In this document: positions 58,347-64,000 of the stretch, in pieces
Layout of the letters: each line of letters opens with the position of its first letter
Position numbering within the stretch: position 1 is the stretch's first letter
DNA from: an uncultured Bacteroidaceae bacterium
GTDB lineage: Bacteria; Bacteroidota; Bacteroidia; Bacteroidales; GCA-2748055
DNA: 64,000 bases
Assembly: GCA_964528675.1 (NCBI GenBank)
Contig: CAZGTU010000014.1
Location: forward strand, 2,083 to 66,082
Reading direction: 5' to 3'
Made by a program: the position numbers and the translations under genes
Notes under the pieces: generated by a model
Databases searched by the model: none
Told to the model about the DNA's origin: nothing
The model's input: only the letters and a program-made list of their open reading frames with translations

Positions 58347-58400
58347 ATTGTGTATAATTGTTTCCACTCCAGGTTTCTTAATAAATAAGAGGAAAGAGAA

Positions 58401-59960
58401 GTGAGTAATGAATTGGTAATTGATGCTTCACCCAGTGAAATATCTATTGCCCTGCTTGAGGATAAAAGTCTTATTGAGCTTAATAAAGAGAAAACCGATA
58501 CCAAGTTTTCAGTTGGGGATATTTATCTTGGCAAGGTAAAAAAGATTATGCCGGGTTTAAACGCCGCATTTGTAGATGTGGGCTATGAGAAAGATGCGTT
58601 TTTGCACTATCTTGATCTCGGCCCTCAGTTTAATTCACTGAATAAATACCTGAACCTTGCCATTAGCAGGAAAACCAAGAATATTCCCTTTTCCAAATTC
58701 AGAAAAGAGCCAGACATTAATAAGGAAGGGAAGATTAACGAAGTCCTTAACCCGGGACAGACTATTATTGTGCAAATTGCCAAGGAACCTATCTCTACAA
58801 AAGGGCCGAGGCTGGCTTCTGAAATATCCATTCCAGGCAGAAATCTGGTCTTGATACCCTTTAGCGATAAAGTCTCCATATCTTCTAAGATCAGCTCATC
58901 GGAAGAAAAAGACAGGCTTAAGAATCTTTTAATGAGCATTAAGCCTAAAAATTACGGTATCATCATTCGTACGGCAGCGGAGGGTAAAAAGGTTGCCGAA
59001 CTGGATTCTGAACTGCGGTCGTTGATTGCCAGGTGGGAAGCTATTTTCGAAAAAGTTAAAGGAGCGAAAGTCCCAAAATTAATTCATGGGGAGTTAAATC
59101 GTACAACCGCTATTTTAAGAGATATGCTGAATGGCCAGTTTGACGGTATTTATGTAAATGATGAAGCTACCACCCATGAGCTCAAACAATTTATATCCGA
59201 AATTGCACCCGAAAAGTCCAATATACTCAAGCATTATAAAAGCAATGTCCCTATTTTTGAGAAATTTGGGATAGAACGACAAATACGTTCTCTCTTCGGG
59301 AAAACAGTGTCATTCAAAAGCGGTGCATACCTCATTATTGAGCATACTGAAGCATTGCATGTAATTGATGTTAATTCAGGTAACCGGTCAAAATCTGATA
59401 AAGATCAGGAAACCAATGCGCTTGATGTAAACCTTGCTGCTGCCGATGAGATTGCCAGGCAATTGAGGCTACGCGATATGGGCGGAATAATCGTGGTTGA
59501 CTTTATTGACATGCATACCAACGAGCATAAGCAAATGGTTTATGAGCGGATGAAACAGGCTATGTCGAAAGACAGAACTAAAAACCATATTTTACCGCTT
59601 AGCAAATTTGGGTTGATGCAAATAACCAGGCAAAGAGTAAGGCCTGAAATGCATATAGAGACAAGGGAAAATTGTCCCACATGTCTTGGAACCGGCAAAG
59701 TGGAGTCCACAGTGCTCTTCACAGAAACAATCAAAGAAAATCTCCGCAGGCTGATTGAAAAATACAATTTGAAATACCTTTCTCTTGTTACCCATCCTTT
59801 CGTTGCGGCCTATATTAACAGAGGATTTCTAAAATCCCTCCGCCACCAATGGAGCAAAGACCTGAAATGTAAAATTAAGGTTAGCTCCCAGGTCTCAGTC
59901 AACATGCTTGAATACAAGGTTTTTGATAAGAATGGGGATGAGGTGTTGATGGAAGAGTAA
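58401..59960 (+). CDS. rng: Ribonuclease G/E family endoribonuclease
   Basis: 519 aa. S1 domain GDIYLGKVKKIMPGLNAAFVDVG, catalytic core IIEHTEALHVIDVNSG and zinc-link CPTCLGTG. GTG start per the track. Confidence 0.9.
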   Translation: MSNELVIDASPSEISIALLEDKSLIELNKEKTDTKFSVGDIYLGKVKKIMPGLNAAFVDVGYEKDAFLHYLDLGPQFNSLNKYLNLAISRKTKNIPFSKFRKEPDINKEGKINEVLNPGQTIIVQIAKEPISTKGPRLASEISIPGRNLVLIPFSDKVSISSKISSSEEKDRLKNLLMSIKPKNYGIIIRTAAEGKKVAELDSELRSLIARWEAIFEKVKGAKVPKLIHGELNRTTAILRDMLNGQFDGIYVNDEATTHELKQFISEIAPEKSNILKHYKSNVPIFEKFGIERQIRSLFGKTVSFKSGAYLIIEHTEALHVIDVNSGNRSKSDKDQETNALDVNLAAADEIARQLRLRDMGGIIVVDFIDMHTNEHKQMVYERMKQAMSKDRTKNHILPLSKFGLMQITRQRVRPEMHIETRENCPTCLGTGKVESTVLFTETIKENLRRLIEKYNLKYLSLVTHPFVAAYINRGFLKSLRHQWSKDLKCKIKVSSQVSVNMLEYKVFDKNGDEVLMEE

Positions 59961-60283
59961 GGAGGTGGTGGTAGTTGGCAGTCCCTTAGCGGCGGTTCCG
60001 CATATCCGGGTATCTGACTTTAATTGGCTCTGATCAGCACAAAAGGTTTGATTACCACAATATAGAAGTATTTTTTCCTGAATTATCCTGGTTGAGTGCG
60101 GGGAGGGTGTTAAATACCGGCAGTTATTTCTTATTATCAATCGTTTGGAAGAGGTCATTTTTATTGCCGGTGTAAATTAAAACATTTTCACCCGATCTAT
60201 GTTTCATGATATATATTGAATAATGTATATATTTAATTTTATTGTATCTTTACGGCCTGAAAATTCAAAAAAATATATATATC

Positions 60284-62401
60284 ATGAAGAAAATTTTTTC
60301 GGGGTTTATTCTCCTTTTCTCATTTCTCCTGAGTTATTCACAGTTTCCCATGATGTCAGACATGGATCCGGTTACATGGTCATTCAGGTCTGAATCGCTT
60401 GGTGAAGGTGTTTATGATTTATATATCACTGCAGAAATTGAGGATCCCTGGCATATGTATGCTATTGAACAGGAAAAAGCCGGTCCGATTCCAACCAGCA
60501 TTAACTTTACCAAAAACGATAATTATGCCCTCATAGGCGATATAGAAGAGCTTTCGGAAGCTGTAATAAAATACGATGAGGGTTTTCAATTTGATGTTGG
60601 TGCCTATTACAAAGAAGCTAAATTTAAGCAGAAAATAAAAGTGCTCAGTGGCGATGAGGTGAAAATTGAGGGTGCGATAGAGTACCAGTGTTGCGATGAT
60701 GAAACCTGTCTGCCGCCTTTTGAAAAAGAATTTGTTTTCAGGCTGGAAGGATTCAGCCCGGGAGCCGCAGATGAGGAAGTTGTGATTCCAACCGATGAAG
60801 GGAAAGTTGAGGCAGATAGAGCCGCAGATCTGACTGAGACTGATGAAAATGAAGGTCAGAAAGTCGAGACCGGTGAGCCTGAAGAAATGATAGAACAATA
60901 TGATGAGGGTGAAGCTGCCGGAGAGGTAGCTGATGCTGTAATTTCTGAGAAGGAAGAAAAAGACCGCTCATTGACAGGTTTTTTTATTCTTACTTTTCTT
61001 CTCGGGCTGGCAGCGATACTTACACCCTGTGTTTATCCCATGATACCCATGACGATCTCTTTTTTCATGAGGGAGACAAAGAATAAGGCATTGGTGATTA
61101 TAAAAGGGCTGATATTTGGATTTTCCATTATTCTTATTTATACGGGTTTGGGAGCTCTGGTCGCATTGACAGGACTGGATGCTAATTTCGGAAATATGAT
61201 CAGTGCCCACTGGATACCGAATATCATCTTTTTTATCCTTTTTGTGATTTTTGCCCTTTCATTCCTGGGAATGTTTGAAATTGTGCTTCCCTCCGGTTTT
61301 GTGAATAGGGTAGACAAGCAGGCTGATCGGGGTGGTTTACTGGGATCTTTTTTTATGGGGGTTGCTCTTGTGGTGGTTTCTTTTTCCTGTACAGGACCCA
61401 TTGTAGGTTCCTTACTTGCAGAAGCCGCAGGAGGAGATGCAATGCAACCAATTCTCGGTATGTTTTTCTTTTCTCTCGCTTTTGCACTTCCATTTACCCT
61501 GCTCGCAATTTTCCCATCCATGCTTAAGAATCTGCCTAAATCAGGCGGATGGCTTAATAGTGTGAAAGTGGTGCTTGGTTTTCTCATGCTTGCATTCGGT
61601 ATGAAATTCCTGAGTTCCATCGATCAGGCTTACCACCTGGATATTTTCACAAGGGAAGTTTATATCGCTATATGGTTTGTCCTGAGTGTGCTTCTCGGTT
61701 TGTATCTGCTGGGCAAGATCAGGCTTCCGCATGATAGTGAAATGCCATACATCAAAGTGCCAAGACTTCTTTTTGCAGGTGCAGTTTTTGTTTTCGCCAT
61801 GTACCTGTTCACCGGTATTTTCGGGGCCAATCTAACAGCTATTTCGGCTTTATTGCCTCCCAAATCAGCACAGAGTTTCTCTCTCACGGGAGGCCAGACA
61901 GCCATGGTAGAGGATGATCAATCGGAAACATACTGTGGCCCGGGAAAACATGATGATCTTTTTGAGCTTCCGCATGGAATAAAAGGTTATTTTGATTATG
62001 ATGATGGCGTCAAATGTGCCATGGAAAAGAACAAACCAATTTTCCTTGATTTTACCGGTCATTTTTGCAGCAATTGCAAACAAATGGAAAATCAGGTATG
62101 GACTGATCCTGAAGTTTTACAAAGGTTAAAGGAGGAATATGTAGTGATTTCCTTGTACACTGATGATAAGACAAAGTTGCCTGAAGATGAGTGGATCACG
62201 ACTGAAGAAGGTGAGGTCCTGAAGACGATTGGTAAGCAAAATGTTTATTTTGAACTCCAGCGTTTTAAAACATTCGCTACTCCCTGGTATGTTTTATTGG
62301 ATGCTGAAGGAAACCTGCTTGCGGAACCAAGGGGTAAGGACCTGAATGCGGAAAGTTACCTGGAGTTTCTGGACGAGGGTTTGGAGAATTTTTATCAATA
62401 A
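60284..62401 (+). CDS. dsbD: Protein-disulfide reductase DsbD family (N-terminal DsbD-alpha-like, 8-TM core, C-terminal thioredoxin)
   Basis: Motifs YQCCDDETCLPP, CVYPMIPMT, FSCTGPIVG and thioredoxin CSNC. The track start is 60242. The ATG at 60284 gives the signal peptide MKKIFSGFILLF. Confidence 0.85.
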   Translation: MKKIFSGFILLFSFLLSYSQFPMMSDMDPVTWSFRSESLGEGVYDLYITAEIEDPWHMYAIEQEKAGPIPTSINFTKNDNYALIGDIEELSEAVIKYDEGFQFDVGAYYKEAKFKQKIKVLSGDEVKIEGAIEYQCCDDETCLPPFEKEFVFRLEGFSPGAADEEVVIPTDEGKVEADRAADLTETDENEGQKVETGEPEEMIEQYDEGEAAGEVADAVISEKEEKDRSLTGFFILTFLLGLAAILTPCVYPMIPMTISFFMRETKNKALVIIKGLIFGFSIILIYTGLGALVALTGLDANFGNMISAHWIPNIIFFILFVIFALSFLGMFEIVLPSGFVNRVDKQADRGGLLGSFFMGVALVVVSFSCTGPIVGSLLAEAAGGDAMQPILGMFFFSLAFALPFTLLAIFPSMLKNLPKSGGWLNSVKVVLGFLMLAFGMKFLSSIDQAYHLDIFTREVYIAIWFVLSVLLGLYLLGKIRLPHDSEMPYIKVPRLLFAGAVFVFAMYLFTGIFGANLTAISALLPPKSAQSFSLTGGQTAMVEDDQSETYCGPGKHDDLFELPHGIKGYFDYDDGVKCAMEKNKPIFLDFTGHFCSNCKQMENQVWTDPEVLQRLKEEYVVISLYTDDKTKLPEDEWITTEEGEVLKTIGKQNVYFELQRFKTFATPWYVLLDAEGNLLAEPRGKDLNAESYLEFLDEGLENFYQ

Positions 62402-62476
62402 TAAAAAAGGCTATCTGAAAAGCCATTTAAATCTTTAGGTCAGTTATAAATTGAAGGTATTCCTCTCCTATCTTAC

Positions 62477-63115
62477 CTAAAACTTTCCAAACTTAACCGT
62501 AATGCTTGTTGTTATCCCCTCGAGAACATTTGAGGGGGTATCAATAAGATCGATATCTGTGGTATACCGGTAGCTCACCCCGCCTGCCAGCCGGAAAAAT
62601 TTCAGCATGTTCAGTTCAATCTCCACCCCGGGTTCAAAAACCAGGAAGCTTTTTGAATCTTCTACCCATGCTTCCCTGAACTCCCAGTTATGCCAGTCTT
62701 CCTGATACCAGTTTGAACGGGTGTAGGCAATTCCACCTACTCCGGCAACAATGGGGAAGGCGATATGAATCGGACTCCTGGGAAAAAGAATGGGCTCAAT
62801 GATCAGTCCGCCATAACCTCCGGTAAGATTTACATCATCATCAAGAACAGCATCGTAATGATAATCATTGATAAACCCGGTTCCGGTAAAACCTAATCCT
62901 AGTCCACGATTGATCAGGCAAACTGCCCGTCCTGACATCAATATTGCATCTTTGTCATCAATCAGAGCATATCCTCCTCCAAAGCCGAAATAGCCCCCGA
63001 ATGTATATGTATTGTTGCCTAAAAGGGTTCTTATTTCGCGATCATCGTCATGCCATTGAGCATTCAGAGCTAGGGCTGTGAAATATATCGCTGTTAATAA
63101 AAGAATTTTTTTCAT
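62477..63115 (-). CDS. Hypothetical glycine-rich outer-membrane beta-barrel-like protein
   Basis: 212 aa. Signal peptide MKKILLLTAIYFTALALNAQ and a C-terminal ...VKFGKF aromatic terminus. Confidence 0.45.
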   Translation of the reverse strand: MKKILLLTAIYFTALALNAQWHDDDREIRTLLGNNTYTFGGYFGFGGGYALIDDKDAILMSGRAVCLINRGLGLGFTGTGFINDYHYDAVLDDDVNLTGGYGGLIIEPILFPRSPIHIAFPIVAGVGGIAYTRSNWYQEDWHNWEFREAWVEDSKSFLVFEPGVEIELNMLKFFRLAGGVSYRYTTDIDLIDTPSNVLEGITTSITVKFGKF

Positions 63116-63155
63116 AAAGTTTGGATTTTAGAATTAATATTCATGTTTAAGGTGT

Positions 63156-63389
63156 TTAAAACCGGTATTTGGCTGTAAGAGCCATATCCCAAAGATTCAT
63201 TTTATAAAACTGGTAAAGTGAAAATTCAAAAAAAGGTTTCATATCAACTCCGATTACTGCCGGAATGCTTTCGAAACGATATTCGATTCCTGCATAAGCG
63301 TCAATTCCCAACAGCGGGGATAATTTTCTTCCAGGATAAAAGACACTGAAATGCGCATCAAAATGACTGTTACTTATATATTCTAACAT
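63156..63389 (-). CDS. Short ORF resembling only the C-terminal strands of an OM beta-barrel
   Basis: 77 aa ending ...LTAKYRF. Too short for a barrel, and it overlaps the upstream gene by 20 nt. It may be a remnant or have a mis-set start. Confidence 0.3.
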   Translation of the reverse strand: MLEYISNSHFDAHFSVFYPGRKLSPLLGIDAYAGIEYRFESIPAVIGVDMKPFFEFSLYQFYKMNLWDMALTAKYRF

Positions 63390-64000
63390 TCCCTGATCCG
63401 GTTATTCGTTTTTTTACCTCCGGATTTCCCTCATAATAAAGGTTACCGCTTCCTGTTATGGTTACTTCCAAAAGATCCAGCACGTATGTGTAAACATTCC
63501 CCGATCCGCTGATCTCTGCATAACATCGTTCTGTAATAAGATCAATAGCTTTGATTTTTCCTGATCCTGTGATTGTAAAATCACTGGTTTCAGAGGTTCC
63601 TGATAAATTGATGTTGCCGGAGCCCGATATTTTTGTAAGAAGGTAATCAACTGCAATTCTCCTGCAATTGATATCGCCTGTTCCGGTTAATTCCAATGAA
63701 AAATCACGGGCGGAAAAATTATCTGCGTTTATTACTCCTGAACCGGCGAGTTTTAACTCATCAATATTTTTTGTTACCACATCGATGATTATCGGTTCGC
63801 GCGACCGCAGGCATTTTCCTCTTCTGGTTTCTAAAATGAGAGTATTACCTCTAATATTTGTGCGGATATATGGCAGGAGATTTTCATCCGTTTCAATGGA
63901 TAAGGAATAATCTGTGCCTTCCTCCACATTTACCACAAAACTTCCATATGAATCGACACTGGTAAAAGACCCTATAATTCGCTCTTCTGTTGCAATACGA
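63370..64000 (-). CDS. DUF2807 / head-GIN-domain (putative adhesin) protein, partial, continues beyond the right edge
   Basis: Repeated GSG(N/D/K)I motifs (AGSGVINA, TGTGDINC, SGSGNINL, TGSGKIKA, SGSGNVYT, TGSGNLYY, TGSGNVRI). The reading frame stays open upstream of the listed Met to the window end, and no signal peptide has been seen yet. Confidence 0.6.
   Translation of the reverse strand, partial: RIATEERIIGSFTSVDSYGSFVVNVEEGTDYSLSIETDENLLPYIRTNIRGNTLILETRRGKCLRSREPIIIDVVTKNIDELKLAGSGVINADNFSARDFSLELTGTGDINCRRIAVDYLLTKISGSGNINLSGTSETSDFTITGSGKIKAIDLITERCYAEISGSGNVYTYVLDLLEVTITGSGNLYYEGNPEVKKRITGSGNVRIYK

Noticed and set aside
60419-61620. Two antisense ORFs of about 160 aa (60419-60898, 61138-61620) inside dsbD
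   Set aside because: They are antisense to a gene with all the DsbD motifs. The long opposite-strand frames are probably by-products of the acidic and membrane-helix codon bias there.
62402-62476. Possible terminator after dsbD (GGCT-ATCTGAAA-AGCC)
   Set aside because: The stem is only 4 bp and too weak to call.
1-64000. Searched by eye for CRISPR arrays, tRNA/rRNA genes, transposases, integrases, toxin-antitoxin or other defence modules
   Set aside because: I saw no regularly spaced direct repeats, no tRNA-like cloverleaf candidates in intergenic regions, and no ORF with DDE/tyrosine-recombinase or nuclease/ATPase defence signatures. The gene relics are therefore not explained by a visible mobile element.

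Overview
This is a Bacteroidota chromosomal segment. The evidence is two SusC/SusD pairs, T9SS C-terminal sorting domains, gldD/gldE, TAnnTTTG-type promoter boxes and a bS22-like micro-ORF. GC looks like roughly 40% by eye. Positions 1-42150 form a composite polysaccharide-utilisation region. It holds two SusC/SusD pairs, two intact GH29 alpha-L-fucosidases and one decayed copy, a Cys-type sulfatase, a GH94 disaccharide phosphorylase, and two GH3 enzymes plus a GH3 relic. It also holds two sugar-porter MFS permeases, two paralogous 12-TM permeases of a less familiar type, a RhaM-like mutarotase and a Tat-signal fucose-isomerase-like protein. Positions 43067-64000 are housekeeping and envelope genes: tkt, ychF, an M14 peptidase with a T9SS tag, an NPP/alkaline-phosphatase family protein, an S8 peptidase, a GGGP-synthase homolog coupled to a PPTase, gldD/gldE, ssb, mutY, HU, a bS22-like ORF, rng and dsbD. 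The most unusual content is a set of six cytoplasmic URO-D/MtaA-superfamily proteins plus one relic fragment. They are tightly coupled to fucosidase, sulfatase and sugar-permease genes. Four of them carry an H-x-C motif reminiscent of zinc methyltransferases, and no corrinoid protein is visible in the window. I propose, as inference only, an undescribed cytoplasmic sugar-modification step in fucose-rich or sulfated glycan use, for example O-demethylation. Other notable points are several gene relics without any IS element or transposase, no intact regulator in 42 kb, a near-identical palindrome upstream of both SusC genes, a perfect 32-bp hairpin repeat family, and a 131-bp inverted-repeat-bounded element. 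I saw no rRNA, tRNA, CRISPR array, transposase or integrase. All family assignments are motif recognition by eye, with no searches run.
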